The translations under genes were made by a program, and so were the position numbers. A DNA stretch of 64,000 nucleotides from Candidatus Binatia bacterium (GTDB lineage: Bacteria > Desulfobacterota > Binatia > UBA9968 > JAJDTQ01): contig OY762897.2 of assembly GCA_963666515.2 (NCBI GenBank), positions 96,001 through 160,000 of the forward strand. The letters are read 5' to 3'. Under the pieces are notes generated by a model that was not told where the DNA came from, searched no databases, and was given only the letters and a program-made list of their open reading frames with translations. This document shows, in pieces, positions 1 through 11,002 of this stretch. Each line of letters begins with the position of its first letter. Positions within the stretch are counted from its first letter, which is position 1.

Positions 1-849
1 GTGCAGGCCGGCGACGTGCACCTGACGGAGCGCCTGGGGCCGACCTTCGTGCAGCGCATCGACAGCAAGCGCATCAAGGGGCTGCACTACATGCCCATCG
101 GCGCCGCCGGACTCAGGATTCTCACCTTCAACACCCAGTCGGCGCCGGTGTCGGACCCGCGCGTACGCCGGGCCATCGCGCTCTCGCTGGACAAGGCCGC
201 GATCCTCGACGAGGCCACCTTCGGACTCGGCGTCCCGGTGCTGACCTGGGGGGTTCCGAACACCGACTGGGAGACTTCCCTCGGCTTCAAGTGGAAGCGG
301 AACGTCGCCGAGGCCAAGCGTCTGCTCAAGGAGGCCGGGTACAAGGGCCAGCCCATCACGCTGGGAGCCACCCGCGGCCAGGGCGATCCCTGGACCGAGC
401 CCATCATGCGGCAGGCGGCCGAAGCGGGCATCAAGTTCTCGCTCCAGAACCTGGGCGGAGCCGAGCTGATCAAGAAGACCATCGCCGGTGAGCTGCACGT
501 CTCCGTCTACGGGGCGGGCGGCACCGGCGAGCCGCTTGTGGCCAACGTCCAGCACCTCGGCTGCACCGAGGGCAAGCACGGCGTCAGCAACGTCACCCGA
601 TACTGCACGCCCGAGCTGGAAAAGCTCGTGACCCGGTACATGGAAGAGCCGGACCGGGCCAAGCGTCTCGCCATCTGGAAGAAACTTGCGCGGACCTACT
701 TCGTGGACGAGGTCATCCACTACATCATCGGCTGGTCCAACATCCGCAACTACGTGTGGCGCGACGAGGTGAAGAACTGGGAGCGGGGTCCCACGCAGGA
801 ATACTGGCACGCCAAGGGCGGCCTGTGGCGGACCTGGCTGGAGCCGTAG
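1..849 (+). CDS. ABC transporter substrate-binding protein, family 5 (dipeptide/oligopeptide type), 5'-truncated by the window edge
   Basis: C-terminal SBP_bac_5 motifs: FNTQSAPVSDPRVRRAIALSLDK, EAKRLLKEAGY, NVTRYCTPELEKL..EPDRAKRLAIW; the ORF is open at position 1. Confidence 0.85.
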   Translation: MQAGDVHLTERLGPTFVQRIDSKRIKGLHYMPIGAAGLRILTFNTQSAPVSDPRVRRAIALSLDKAAILDEATFGLGVPVLTWGVPNTDWETSLGFKWKRNVAEAKRLLKEAGYKGQPITLGATRGQGDPWTEPIMRQAAEAGIKFSLQNLGGAELIKKTIAGELHVSVYGAGGTGEPLVANVQHLGCTEGKHGVSNVTRYCTPELEKLVTRYMEEPDRAKRLAIWKKLARTYFVDEVIHYIIGWSNIRNYVWRDEVKNWERGPTQEYWHAKGGLWRTWLEP

Positions 850-940
850 CCGCGTGGATTGACGGGGACCGGGGCCCGGAGTACATTCGGTTCTCGATTC
901 GAGTCGGAACCGATGGGCTTGACTGGAGGGCAGGAGGTCT

Positions 941-2143
941 ATGGCAACCCTGAAGATGAAATACGGCGTCGTCTCAGCGGACGATCACATCCAGGAGGCG
1001 CCCGACGTCTGGACCAACCGGATGTCCAAGGCCAAGTTCGGCGACGACATCCCGCACATCGTGGAGCTGCCGGACGGCACCCAGACATGGTCCCTGGGCG
1101 GCAACACCAAGGGGTTCGGCGGGCTCGCACGGGTCTCGGGCGTCAACCCCAACGTGAAGCGGTGGGAGGACGTGCCCCCTTCCACGTACACGGTTTCGGA
1201 GCGCCTGAAGATCCTGGACCAGGAGGAGCTGGACGCCTCGGTGCTCTTCCCCAACATCATCGGCATCACCAACCAGAATTTCCAGAAGGAGGGCAGCGAG
1301 GCCTTCCGTCTGGCCTGCATCCAGGCCTACAACGACTGGCTCATCGACGAGTGGCAGGACGTCACGCCCCGGTTCATCGCCCAGTGCGTCACCCCCATGT
1401 GGGACGTGGACCTGTGCGTGGCCGAGATCCATCGCGCCGTGAAGCGCGGCCACAAGGCGCTGGTGTGGCACGGCGCTCCCCACATCCTGGGGCTCAAGCA
1501 CTTCAACGATCCCTGCTGGGACCCGGTCTACCAGGCGTGCTGCGACCTGGACGTGCCCATCTGCCTGCACTCCACGGCGCTGCCCGCGCTGCCGCCCTGG
1601 GACTCCCTGGAAGCGCGCGCCAGGCTCGCCCTGGGCGTATCCATGACCTTCGTGAGCCACATGGAGATCGTCTCCAACATCCTGTACTCGGGCGTGTTCG
1701 AGAAGTTCCCGAAGCTCAAGACCATAAGCGTGGAGAGCGGCGTGGGCTGGCTTCCCTACCTGCTGGAGGAGCTGGACCACGAGTTCGAGGAGCGCGACGT
1801 GGCCGAGAACTCCACCCTCACGCGGAAGCCCAGCGACGTCTTCCAGACCAACATGTGGGCCACGTTCTGGCACGAGCGCCACGGCATCCGCAGCCGCGAC
1901 GAGATCGGCGTGGACAAGATCATGTACTCGGTGGACTACCCTCACGGCACCACCACGTGGCCCAGGTCGGTGTGGTGCCGCACCCACTCGCTGCAGGACG
2001 TCACGTCCGCGGAGGAGCGCAAGAAGATCCTGATGGACAACGCCATCGGGCTCTACAAGCTCGACGTGGACGAGTCCGGCATCGACCAGCCCCTCTACGA
2101 GCCCGGCCCCGTCACGGTCGGCCCGCGGCCCGAGGCGGCGTAG
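941..2143 (+). CDS. Amidohydrolase_2 family metal-dependent hydrolase/decarboxylase
   Basis: SADDHI, ACIQAYNDWL, VPICLH, GVFEKFPKLK..VESGVGWLPY and DYPH motifs; AGGAGG RBS upstream. Confidence 0.9.
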   Translation: MATLKMKYGVVSADDHIQEAPDVWTNRMSKAKFGDDIPHIVELPDGTQTWSLGGNTKGFGGLARVSGVNPNVKRWEDVPPSTYTVSERLKILDQEELDASVLFPNIIGITNQNFQKEGSEAFRLACIQAYNDWLIDEWQDVTPRFIAQCVTPMWDVDLCVAEIHRAVKRGHKALVWHGAPHILGLKHFNDPCWDPVYQACCDLDVPICLHSTALPALPPWDSLEARARLALGVSMTFVSHMEIVSNILYSGVFEKFPKLKTISVESGVGWLPYLLEELDHEFEERDVAENSTLTRKPSDVFQTNMWATFWHERHGIRSRDEIGVDKIMYSVDYPHGTTTWPRSVWCRTHSLQDVTSAEERKKILMDNAIGLYKLDVDESGIDQPLYEPGPVTVGPRPEAA

Positions 2144-2166
2144 CTTTCCAGCCAGGAGTGCCATCC

Positions 2167-2191
2167 CAGGGGCGACCGCGGGTCGCCCCTG
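2167..2191. repeat. GC-rich perfect hairpin (REP-like or bidirectional terminator) between convergent genes
   Basis: CAGGGGCGACC-GCG-GGTCGCCCCTG: 11-bp perfect inverted repeat with a 3-nt loop. Confidence 0.55.
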
Positions 2192-2226
2192 CATGGGGTT
2201 CATCGCTGGGGCATACCCGGACAGGC

Positions 2227-2649
2227 CTACTCCGCGTACGCGGGGTCGCCGTAGGTCATCAGCTCTATGAGGTTGTCGTCGGGGTCGCGGACGTAGAGGC
2301 TCGTGCCGACGCCCTCGGAACCGGTGCGGGCCACCGGGCCGGAGATGACCGGAACGCCCGCCTGCTCGAGGAAGTCCCGGGCTTCCTGCACGGTTCCCTC
2401 CCAGCGCAGGCAGAAGTCCGCGCCGCCGGTGGCGAAGTTGGGCGCGTGGGTCGGGCTCTCCGTCGTGTAGCGGTCCACCACGTAGAGGTTGATCTTCTGT
2501 GTGTCGCTGATGCGGATGATGGGACGTTTGCCGCGCCCGCCGGGACGCTCCTGCCAGCCGGCGTCGAGGCCCAGCTTGCGGTAGAAGGCGAAGGTCTCCT
2601 CCAGGTCCTTGACCACCAGGACCCAATGATCAATGGCTGCAATGCTCAT
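2227..2649 (-). CDS. VOC/glyoxalase family protein
   Basis: IDHWVLVVKDLEETFAFYRKLG...SLYVRDPDDNLIEL. Confidence 0.9.
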   Translation of the reverse strand: MSIAAIDHWVLVVKDLEETFAFYRKLGLDAGWQERPGGRGKRPIIRISDTQKINLYVVDRYTTESPTHAPNFATGGADFCLRWEGTVQEARDFLEQAGVPVISGPVARTGSEGVGTSLYVRDPDDNLIELMTYGDPAYAE

Positions 2650-2750
2650 GGTCTGTCCTCATTGAATCGGTTCCGATACGTTGATACTTCCAGAGTCCGT
2701 GACGCAGGACACTAGGGGAATCGGATCGCGATTTCAAGGGAAGGACGCCC

Positions 2751-4787
2751 ATGTGGGAAGCGGCTCTCAGCGCGGTAGAGAACATCTTCGGCTGCCCGTG
2801 CGTCGCCGACGTGATCCCGCGGAGCCTGGCCTTCCTGGTCCTGGGCGTCGTCATGGGGCTCTCGCTGGGCGCCATCCCCGGCTTGGGCGGGCTCGTGGGG
2901 CTCGCCATCCTGCTGCCGTTCACCCTCGACCTGGACACCCTGAGCGCTTTCGCGGTCATGATCGGGCTCATCTCGGTGACCACCACGTCGGACACCATCC
3001 CGTCGGTGCTGTTCGGGGTTCCCGGCACCGCCGCGTCGCAGGCCACCATCCTGGACGGCCACCCCATGGCCAAGAAGGGCGAGGCGGGCCGGGCCTTCGG
3101 CGCCGCCTACATGGCGTCCATGATGGGCGGCCTCTTCGGCGCCCTGATCCTCGCCGTCTCCATCCCCGTGCTCCGTCCCATCGTGCTCGCGTTCAGCGCC
3201 CCGGAGTTCTTCATGATGGGGATGCTGGGCATCTCCATGGTGGCGGTGCTGAGCGGCGGCGCTCCGCTCAAGGGGCTGGTGGTGGGCGCGCTGGGGCTCA
3301 TGGTGGGCATGGTGGGCATGGACTACCAGGTAGGGGAGATGCGCTGGACCTTCGGCCAGCTCTACCTGTGGGAGGGGGTCCCGCTGGTGCCCGTGGCCCT
3401 GGGCATCTTCGCCATCCCGGAGATGGCGGACTTGGTGATCCGCGGCACCCGCATCGCCGACGTGCCCAAGGATGCCTTGAGAGGCGTCACCGTGGGCATC
3501 CGCGACGCCTTCCGCCACTGGTTCCTGGTGCTGCGCTCCAGCGCCGTGGGCGTGTGGGTGGGCGCCACGCCGGGTCTGGGCGGCGCGGTGGTGGACTGGT
3601 TCGCCTACGGCCACGCGGTGCAGACGGAGCGCGGCGCCCGGGACTCCTTCGGCACCGGCGACGTGCGCGGGGTCATCGCGCCGGAGAGCGCAAACAACGC
3701 CAAGGAGGGCGGCTCGCTGATCCCGACGCTGGCCTTCGGCGTGCCCGGCAGCGCCGCCATGGCCATCCTGCTGGGGGTGTTCCTGATCCAGGGCATCAGC
3801 CCTGGCCCGGACATGCTCACCAAGCACCTGGACGTCACCTACACCATGGTCTGGAGCATCGCCATCGCCAACATCTTCGGCACCGGCCTGTGCCTGCTCC
3901 TGACCAACCACCTGGCCCGGCTCGCCAACGTCCGCGTCCACCTGCTGGCGCCGCTGGTGATCGTGGTGGTGTTCCTGGCCGCGTTCCAGGCCAAGCGCCA
4001 CTTCGGCGACCTGATCCTGCTGCTGTCGTTCGGCCTTCTCGGATGGCTCATGAAGCGCTTCGGCTGGCCCCGGCCGCCGCTCATCCTGGGGCTGGTGCTG
4101 AGCAGCGTGCTGGAGAACTACTTCTTCATCTCCGCCAGCCACTTCGGGTTTGGCTGGCTCTGGCGCCCCATCGTGCTCATCATCGGCGCCCTGATCGTCG
4201 CCAGCCTGGTCTACGGCCAGAGGTGGACCCGGACGGGCATGCCCGCGGACGAGTCCGCGCCCGCGGCTTCGTCGTGGCGGTTCCAGCTTCACCTCAGCGT
4301 GCCGGCGGTGTTTACCCTGGCCATCCTGCTGCTGGTGCTCAGCGGAGCAGTGACCGCCCGGGATTGGCCGGACCAGGCGCGGCTCTTCCCGCTGGTGGTA
4401 GGCTTCGCCGCGACGGGCATGTGCGCGGCCCAACTGTTCCTGGACCTGTTCCGCGTCTCCGAGGGGGGCGCCGCCCGCGTCATGGACCTGGAGGCGGAAC
4501 GCGGCGTTCCGGGTCAAGTCATCGCCCGACGCGCCGCCGACGTCTTCGGCTGGATCCTGGGGCTGCTGGCGTCCATCTGGATCATCGGCTTCCTGTTGAG
4601 CGTGCCGCTGTTCATGTGGCTGTACCTGGCGCTGCGCGGCCGCGCCGGATGGCGGCTGTGCCTCGGCTACACGGCCCTGGCGCTGGCAGTCCTCCTGGGC
4701 GTGTTCCACTATACACTCAGCATCCCCTGGCCCCAGGGCGTGTTGGCCGGACCGCAGGAACTGGTGCTGCAATGGCTGGGAGGGTAG
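2751..4787 (+). CDS. tctA: Tripartite tricarboxylate transporter permease TctA with a fused C-terminal TctB-like domain
   Basis: TctA motifs GAIPGLGG, GVPGTAASQATILDGHPMA, GVIAPESANNAKEGGSLIPTLAFGVPGS; an extra ~170-aa hydrophobic C-terminus with ARLFP and 'FHYTLSIPWPQG', typical of TctB. Confidence 0.85.
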   Translation: MWEAALSAVENIFGCPCVADVIPRSLAFLVLGVVMGLSLGAIPGLGGLVGLAILLPFTLDLDTLSAFAVMIGLISVTTTSDTIPSVLFGVPGTAASQATILDGHPMAKKGEAGRAFGAAYMASMMGGLFGALILAVSIPVLRPIVLAFSAPEFFMMGMLGISMVAVLSGGAPLKGLVVGALGLMVGMVGMDYQVGEMRWTFGQLYLWEGVPLVPVALGIFAIPEMADLVIRGTRIADVPKDALRGVTVGIRDAFRHWFLVLRSSAVGVWVGATPGLGGAVVDWFAYGHAVQTERGARDSFGTGDVRGVIAPESANNAKEGGSLIPTLAFGVPGSAAMAILLGVFLIQGISPGPDMLTKHLDVTYTMVWSIAIANIFGTGLCLLLTNHLARLANVRVHLLAPLVIVVVFLAAFQAKRHFGDLILLLSFGLLGWLMKRFGWPRPPLILGLVLSSVLENYFFISASHFGFGWLWRPIVLIIGALIVASLVYGQRWTRTGMPADESAPAASSWRFQLHLSVPAVFTLAILLLVLSGAVTARDWPDQARLFPLVVGFAATGMCAAQLFLDLFRVSEGGAARVMDLEAERGVPGQVIARRAADVFGWILGLLASIWIIGFLLSVPLFMWLYLALRGRAGWRLCLGYTALALAVLLGVFHYTLSIPWPQGVLAGPQELVLQWLGG

Positions 4788-4796
4788 CCCCCCGGC

Positions 4797-5681
4797 TCAC
4801 CGCCCCTGGCTGGCGATGAACCCCCGCAGCACCTCGTTGAACTCCTTCGGGTGTTCCCGGAAGGAGAAGTGGCCGGCCTCGTTGATGATGTGCATGCGCG
4901 AGCGGCGTTCCCGCATGCACAGCAGCTCGAACAGGCGCATTCCCTGGGCCAGGGTGGCGGTGGGATCGTTGTAGCCCCATACCAGCAGCGTGGGCTTCCC
5001 CATGCCGCGCTCGCGGATCCAGCCCAGGGTCTCCTCCTTCTCCATCGAGTGCCGGGTCAGGAACAGGCTCTTTCGCAGGCCCTGGGTGATCATCTTCTCG
5101 ACGCTCTCCCGGTACTTCGGCAACTGCGCCATCTCGGTCACCGCGTCCAGCCAGTCGTCGGTGACGTGGGCGCCGCTGTAGGAGTAACGCTCCAGCACCC
5201 AGCGCTGGCTCTCCCGTGAGAGCCTTGGCTCCGGGGTGTCGGCGAAGACGATGTGGTTGCGCCCGAAGCCCGGCGCCAGCGTGTTGGTGTCCACCGGGAT
5301 GCACGACCTCACCAGGTCCGGCCGTTCCAGGGTCATGCGGGCGGCCACGTAGGCGCCGCGGGAGTGACCGACGACGTGGATCCCGCCCAGGCCGAGGGCT
5401 TCGACGAAACCGATGGCGTGGCGGGTGGTCGCGGCCATGGTGTATTCGGCATCCGTGGGCGGGTTGTCGGTGAGTCCCTGCCCCAGCTTGTCCAGCGCAT
5501 GGACGTGGAACCATTGGGACAGGGCGTCGAAGTTGAGCGCCCAGTCCACGCTGCAGTCGGCGGCGTCGTTGGAGCCGAAGACGCCGCCGTGGATCAGCAC
5601 CACGTTCTCGCCGCTTCCCTTCTCGAAGTAACGCGTGCGGATGCCGCCCACGTCCACGAATCGCTCGTCTGCGGGTTTCAC
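4797..5681 (-). CDS. Alpha/beta hydrolase (meta-cleavage-product hydrolase-like)
   Basis: LIHGG, GHSRG nucleophile elbow, WGYND, AGHF; start placed at GTG 5681 after an AGGAGG RBS. Confidence 0.85.
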   Translation of the reverse strand: MKPADERFVDVGGIRTRYFEKGSGENVVLIHGGVFGSNDAADCSVDWALNFDALSQWFHVHALDKLGQGLTDNPPTDAEYTMAATTRHAIGFVEALGLGGIHVVGHSRGAYVAARMTLERPDLVRSCIPVDTNTLAPGFGRNHIVFADTPEPRLSRESQRWVLERYSYSGAHVTDDWLDAVTEMAQLPKYRESVEKMITQGLRKSLFLTRHSMEKEETLGWIRERGMGKPTLLVWGYNDPTATLAQGMRLFELLCMRERRSRMHIINEAGHFSFREHPKEFNEVLRGFIASQGR

Positions 5682-5859
5682 CAGGTTCCTCCTGTGTGCG
5701 GTAAGGGGTTTGTCCGTGTGCCCGTCGGCAGGGGCTTCCGCCGCGCGCTCCCGGTGGCAAAGTATCCGGTTCTTCGTTAACAAGCCCAACGAAGGCATCC
5801 ATCTTAGTTCCATGAGAATCGCCGATGCAAGGAGCACGTCTCGCGGTCCAGGAGAGTCT

Positions 5860-7557
5860 ATGGTCAAAGCGCACACGAAGATTTGCGAGGTCCTGGCCGA
5901 GGCGCGGGTGGACTTCGTCTTCGGCATACCCGGCGGCAGCGCCATGCGCATATTCGATTCGCTGTCCCGCTACGCGGACCGGGTGCGTCCGATCCTGGTG
6001 CGGCACGAGCAGGCGGCCTCGGTCATGGCCGACATCTACGGCCGCCTGACGGGCAAACCGGGAGTGGTCCTCGGCCAGGGGGCGTTCATCGGCACCAACG
6101 CGATCTTCGGGACCCTGGAAGCCCACTTGGCGGGTTCCCCCATGGTGGTGCTGGCGGATACCACCGAGGGCGGCGACTTCTCCCTGAACCCCAGGAACGC
6201 CAGCGGCTGGGGGCACTACGGGGCGTTCGACCTGAGGAACCTGTTTTCCGGCATCACCAAGTTCTCGGTCCTCGCCGCCACCCCCAAGGAAGCGGTGCTG
6301 GGTGTTCAGATGGCCATCAAGCACGCCACCACCGGGCGTCATGGACCCACCGCGGTAATCATGCGCCAGACGGCCATCGCCGGCGAGCTGGATCCGGACA
6401 AGCCGCCGCGGGTCCACTCCACCGAACACTGGCTCCAGGGGGTCACGACCATGCCGGCGGTGGCGGAACTGGTGTCGGCCATCGAGCTGCTGGAGGCGGC
6501 CGAACGGCCCGTCATCATCGCCGGCAACGGAGTTCACGCGGCGAAGGCCTACGATGAGCTGGCGGCCATGGCCGAACTGCTGGGAAGCCCGGTGGCCACG
6601 ACCTACAACGGCAAGAGCGCGTTCCCGGAGAACCACCCGCTGGCCCTGGGCATGATGGGCCGGTACGGCCAGCCGGTGGCCAACAGCGTGATTCAGGAAG
6701 CGGATACGATCCTGGTGGTGGGCTCCCGGCTGGCCCCCAACGACACCAACAGCGAGCTGCTCATCGACCCGGCGAGGCAGAAGCTGATCCAGGTCGACAT
6801 CGAGCCCCGGAACGCGGGCTGGTCCTATCCCGCGGCGGTCTCGCTCATCGGCGATGCAAAGGCCGTGTTGAAGCAACTGCTGCAGATGGGCGGAGAGGGC
6901 CTTCAGCGGGACGGCCGGCAAGCGGCGGTCGGGCGGCTCGAGGAACGCAAGCGTACCGAGAAGTTCTTCGAGAGCCCCGCCCTTCACTCCGGCGCCGTTC
7001 CCATCATGCCCCAGCGGCTGGTCAGGGACCTCAACGAAGCACTGGACCCGGAGACCATCGTCACCCTCGACGCCGGCGGCAACCGGGTGTGGATGGCCCA
7101 CTACTACCAGACCCGGGCGCCGGGGACCCTGTTCGTGCCCGGCGGGCTCGCCGGCATGGGCTGGGGCGCGCCCGCCGCGGTGGGGGCCAAGCTCGTGCAC
7201 CCGGACCGGCCGGTGGTGAGCGTGACCGGCGACGGCGGGTTCTCCATGTCCGTGCACGTCATCGCCACCGCGGTGCAATACGACCTGCCGGTGGTTTTCG
7301 TGGTCATGAACAACTCGGGCCTCGGAATGATCGCCACCGGAGACCTGGGCGGCGATTCCCCCGCCGCCTTCAACGACACCGACTTCGCTGCGGTGGCCCG
7401 GGGCTTCGGCGCCGAGGGTCTGCGGGTGGAGGACCCCGCCGAGATTCAGGACGCGGTAAAGGAGGCCCTGAAGAAGGGAAGGCCCACGGTGGTGGACGTG
7501 ATCACCGACGGCGCCGCAGGTCTCCAGAGCATCAGCAGCGGCGCCACCGTGGGCTGA
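5860..7557 (+). CDS. Thiamine pyrophosphate-dependent enzyme (acetolactate synthase large subunit-like)
   Basis: VFGIPGG, RHEQ, GDGGF..NN ThDP motif; start ATG 5860 after GGAG. Confidence 0.9.
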   Translation: MVKAHTKICEVLAEARVDFVFGIPGGSAMRIFDSLSRYADRVRPILVRHEQAASVMADIYGRLTGKPGVVLGQGAFIGTNAIFGTLEAHLAGSPMVVLADTTEGGDFSLNPRNASGWGHYGAFDLRNLFSGITKFSVLAATPKEAVLGVQMAIKHATTGRHGPTAVIMRQTAIAGELDPDKPPRVHSTEHWLQGVTTMPAVAELVSAIELLEAAERPVIIAGNGVHAAKAYDELAAMAELLGSPVATTYNGKSAFPENHPLALGMMGRYGQPVANSVIQEADTILVVGSRLAPNDTNSELLIDPARQKLIQVDIEPRNAGWSYPAAVSLIGDAKAVLKQLLQMGGEGLQRDGRQAAVGRLEERKRTEKFFESPALHSGAVPIMPQRLVRDLNEALDPETIVTLDAGGNRVWMAHYYQTRAPGTLFVPGGLAGMGWGAPAAVGAKLVHPDRPVVSVTGDGGFSMSVHVIATAVQYDLPVVFVVMNNSGLGMIATGDLGGDSPAAFNDTDFAAVARGFGAEGLRVEDPAEIQDAVKEALKKGRPTVVDVITDGAAGLQSISSGATVG

Positions 7558-7606
7558 TGCCGGCGCCGGTGTCGGATCCGCGCGCCTTTCTGATATCATA
7601 TCTGAT

Positions 7607-8587
7607 ATGAGTGAATTTCGGTACAATATTCCCTCCACCAGCGCGTTGATCGCGTTCGAGGCGACGGCGCGACTCGGCGGGGTGATACGGGCATCCGAAG
7701 AGTTGAACACTTCCCAATCGGCGGTCAGCCGTCACATTCGCAATCTCGAAACGGTGGTCGGCGAAAAGCTGTTTCGGCGTCAGGGCCGGGGCGTGATACT
7801 GACGCCGAGCGGCCAGGACTACTACGCCGCGGTCAAGTCGTCCCTGGACAGCCTGCACGCGGCGGGCAACGGGCTTCGCACGCAGACGCCCACCGTGCTC
7901 ATCTCCTGCACCCAGGAGATTTCCCATCTCCTGCTGTTGCCGGTCTTTCCCGAGATCAAGCGCGCTCTCGGGGAAGATGTCCGTTTGCGCATTCTGACCT
8001 GCGACTACGACATGGTTCAACTGCTGTTGCCGGCGGGGATCGATGTCTTTTTCGCGGCGTCGGCCGCGCCCGTGGACGCAAGCGCGGTGAAGGTGCTGGA
8101 CGAGGAGGTCGTTCCGGTGGCGTCGCCCGCCTTCGTGAGACGTTTCGAGCGGGTGCTTGCCAGGCATCCTCGACGCTGGTCCCAGGTTCCCCGGCTGGAG
8201 CTTGGCCAGCGCGGCCACAATTGGGCCACGTGGACGACCTGGTTCCGCGCCCATGATTGCGACCCGCCGAACGCGCCGGTGAAATCGCACGAGAACTACC
8301 AGTTCCTGCTGGAGGCCGCGGCCAACGGCGACGGCATGGCCATCGGCTGGAACGGCTTCGTGAACGCCTACCTGGAGACCGGGCGGCTCGTCAGGATCAG
8401 CGACAACTGGTTGCGGTCGCAAATCAGCCTGTACGCGGTGCCGACCCAGACCGGCAACGGCAACCGGAGCGCGGCTCGCTTCCTGAGAGCGCTCGCGGCC
8501 CTGGGGGAGGGACTGGCCGGCGCGAAACAGGCGTCCCCGCAGCGACAGCCGACCGGCGGTCACGGATCACTGCTTCAACGGTTGTGA
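7607..8587 (+). CDS. LysR-family transcriptional regulator (GcvA-like)
   Basis: N-terminal HTH FEATARLGG..ASEELNTSQSAVSRHIRNLE..LFRRQGRGVILT. Confidence 0.9.
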   Translation: MSEFRYNIPSTSALIAFEATARLGGVIRASEELNTSQSAVSRHIRNLETVVGEKLFRRQGRGVILTPSGQDYYAAVKSSLDSLHAAGNGLRTQTPTVLISCTQEISHLLLLPVFPEIKRALGEDVRLRILTCDYDMVQLLLPAGIDVFFAASAAPVDASAVKVLDEEVVPVASPAFVRRFERVLARHPRRWSQVPRLELGQRGHNWATWTTWFRAHDCDPPNAPVKSHENYQFLLEAAANGDGMAIGWNGFVNAYLETGRLVRISDNWLRSQISLYAVPTQTGNGNRSAARFLRALAALGEGLAGAKQASPQRQPTGGHGSLLQRL

Positions 8588-8666
8588 AGACCTGACGCCA
8601 AGCCCCCCCGGGCGCGGACGCCGCCGCTTCCGCGCGGTTCGCCTGCCGCAATCCCCACCTCGTGAA

Positions 8667-9959
8667 TCACGGATCGCCCGCCGTGTCGAAGAAACGCCGA
8701 AGGACCCGGCTCAGGTTGAAAGCGTCCATCGCCCCCGCCAGCTCCCGTACGGAGTGCATGGCCCACTGGGGCACGCCCACGTCCACGGTGCGGACGCCGG
8801 TCTCGGCCGCGGCCAGGGGCCCGATGGTGCTGCCGCAGGCCATGTCGCTGCGCACCACGAAGGTCTGCACCGGCACTCCCTCGCCGGCCGCCAGCCGCCG
8901 GAAGGCCGCCGCGGTCTCGCTGCTGGTGGCATAGCGCTGGTTGGCGTTGACCTTGATGACCGGGCCGTGGTTCAGCAGCGGCCCGTGGTTGCCGTCGTGC
9001 CGGTCGGCGAAGTTGGGGTGGACGCCGTGGGCGTTGTCCACCGATATCAGCATGGAACGGGAAAGGGCGCGGTTGCGATCCTCCGGCACCGGCAGCAGGC
9101 GTTCCAGCATCTGGGTCAGCATCGGCCCCCGGGCTCCCGCGGCGGTGGTGCTCCCCACCTCCTCGTGATCGTTGCAGACCAGCAGCGCGCCGGCGTCGCC
9201 TTTCGCTTCCAGCAGTGCGCGCAGCCCCACGAAGCAGCTCAGCAGGTTGTCCAGCCGCGCCGACGCGATGAACTCCCGTCCCAGCCCGACCAGGGCCGGC
9301 CGCTGGGTGTCGTAGAGCACCAGCTCGTGGTCCAGCACCTGGCCGACTTCCGCGCCGGCGTCGGCCTCCAGCCGCTGCCGCAGCAGGGTCTTGAGGTCGA
9401 AACCCTCGCCCTGACGGCCCAGCACCGGCGGCAGGCAGGTTTGGGCGTTGACCGAGCGGCTCTCGTTGGCGTCCCGGTCCAGGTGAATGGCCAGACTGGG
9501 AATCACCGCCACGGGCTCCTTGAAGTCCACGAGGTCGTGCGCGACGGCGCGGTTGCGGTCGAGATAGCTCACCCGTCCCGCCAGGGACAGGTCCCGGTCG
9601 AACCACGGGTTCAACAGCGCCCCGCCGTAGACCTCGACGCCCAGTTGCAGATAGCCGTTCCGGTGAGACTCCGGTTGCGGCTTGACCTTGAGACAGGGTG
9701 AATCCGTATGCGCTCCCACCAGGCGAAGCCCGTTCTCCGAGATGGGCGACCCGGCGGGCACGGTCCAGGCGATGATGGACGAGTCGTTGCGGGTGGTGAA
9801 GTAGCGCCCGCCGGGTTCCAAGCGCCACGCGTCGGCCTCCGGCCGGGGCTGGAAGCCGGCGTCCGCCAGCCGCCGCGCCAACCCGCGGACCGCGTGGAAC
9901 GGCGTGGGCGATGCGGCCAGGAAATCCATCAGCTCGTGGTTGAAGCGTTGTTGGCTCAT
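8667..9959 (-). CDS. M18 family aspartyl aminopeptidase
   Basis: [54 protein letters not shown]; start MSQQRF at 9959. Confidence 0.92.
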   Translation of the reverse strand: MSQQRFNHELMDFLAASPTPFHAVRGLARRLADAGFQPRPEADAWRLEPGGRYFTTRNDSSIIAWTVPAGSPISENGLRLVGAHTDSPCLKVKPQPESHRNGYLQLGVEVYGGALLNPWFDRDLSLAGRVSYLDRNRAVAHDLVDFKEPVAVIPSLAIHLDRDANESRSVNAQTCLPPVLGRQGEGFDLKTLLRQRLEADAGAEVGQVLDHELVLYDTQRPALVGLGREFIASARLDNLLSCFVGLRALLEAKGDAGALLVCNDHEEVGSTTAAGARGPMLTQMLERLLPVPEDRNRALSRSMLISVDNAHGVHPNFADRHDGNHGPLLNHGPVIKVNANQRYATSSETAAAFRRLAAGEGVPVQTFVVRSDMACGSTIGPLAAAETGVRTVDVGVPQWAMHSVRELAGAMDAFNLSRVLRRFFDTAGDP

Positions 9960-10003
9960 GGTGGCTCCGGCGGCGGGCCAAGGCAGACGTTCGGGCGCGG
10001 CGC

Positions 10004-11002
10004 TCAGGACAGCCGGTACTCTCTCGCCGGGTTGGTCACGGCAATCGCGTGGATGGACTGCCGGTCCAGGCCGGCCTTTTCGAGATTGCCCAGGGGGTCC
10101 GGGTCGCCCGGCGGGAAAGGCGCGTCGCCGCCCAGCAGGATGCGTTCGATGCCTACCAGGTCCCGGAGAAACAACAGCGCCTCGCGGCTGTGCAGGATGC
10201 TGTCGTAGAGAAAGCGGCGCAGGTAGGCGCTGGGCGGGTTCGCCGCCACGTCTCCGGTTACGCTCCCGTCCGCGGCCTCGTGCATGCGGTCGAAGCGGCC
10301 GATGAGGTAGGGCAGGTTCCCGCCGCCGTGGGACAGCAGGAGGCGCAGTTTCGGGAAACGGTCCAGGGCGCCGCTCAGGATCATCGAGCCCACCGCCAGG
10401 GTGGTGTCCAGGGTGTAGGCGCAGGTCTGGTTGAGGCTGAACTTCTCGGCGCGGGGCAGCGGCTGGGGCAGGGAAGGGTGCACGAACACCGGCACGTCCA
10501 GGGCCTCGCAGGCGCTCCACAGCTCGTCCAGGGGCGCCTCGCCCAGGTTCCGGCCGTGAACGTTGGCGGAGACGATGACGCCGACGGCGCCGCCGTCAAC
10601 GCATCGTTCCAGCTCGCGGGCGGCCGCGGCCGCGTCCACCAGCGGCGCCGACGCCATCCACGAGAACCGTTCCGGCCGGGCTGCGCACAGCGCGGCGATG
10701 GCGTCGTTCAGGATGCGGTGCCATTCGCCGCAGCGGGCGGCATCGAGGCCGTAGCCGAAGATGTCGGTCCACACCGAGAGGACCTGCCGCTGCACCCTCT
10801 GCCGGTCCATCTCGGCGAGCCGCGCGTCCAGGTCCAGGAGCCCCGGGAGGAACGGGCGCACCTCCAGGCCGTCGTCGAAGCGGCAGCAGCGGGCGCCTGC
10901 AGCCTTCTCCACCAGGGCGATGCCCAGCTCGGCGCCCCTGCCGGCCAACGTTTCCAGGACGCCCGGCGGCACGAAGTGCGCGTGGACGTCAGTCGCGGTC
11001 AC
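10004..11002 (-). CDS. Amidohydrolase_2 family protein (ACMSD-like decarboxylase)
   Basis: [25 protein letters not shown]. Confidence 0.88.
   Translation of the reverse strand: MTATDVHAHFVPPGVLETLAGRGAELGIALVEKAAGARCCRFDDGLEVRPFLPGLLDLDARLAEMDRQRVQRQVLSVWTDIFGYGLDAARCGEWHRILNDAIAALCAARPERFSWMASAPLVDAAAAARELERCVDGGAVGVIVSANVHGRNLGEAPLDELWSACEALDVPVFVHPSLPQPLPRAEKFSLNQTCAYTLDTTLAVGSMILSGALDRFPKLRLLLSHGGGNLPYLIGRFDRMHEAADGSVTGDVAANPPSAYLRRFLYDSILHSREALLFLRDLVGIERILLGGDAPFPPGDPDPLGNLEKAGLDRQSIHAIAVTNPAREYRLS

Noticed and set aside
8612-8635. Hairpin GCGCGGA...TCCGCGC between the convergent lysR and M18 genes
   Set aside because: A 7-bp stem with no U-tract is likely to arise by chance at this GC content.
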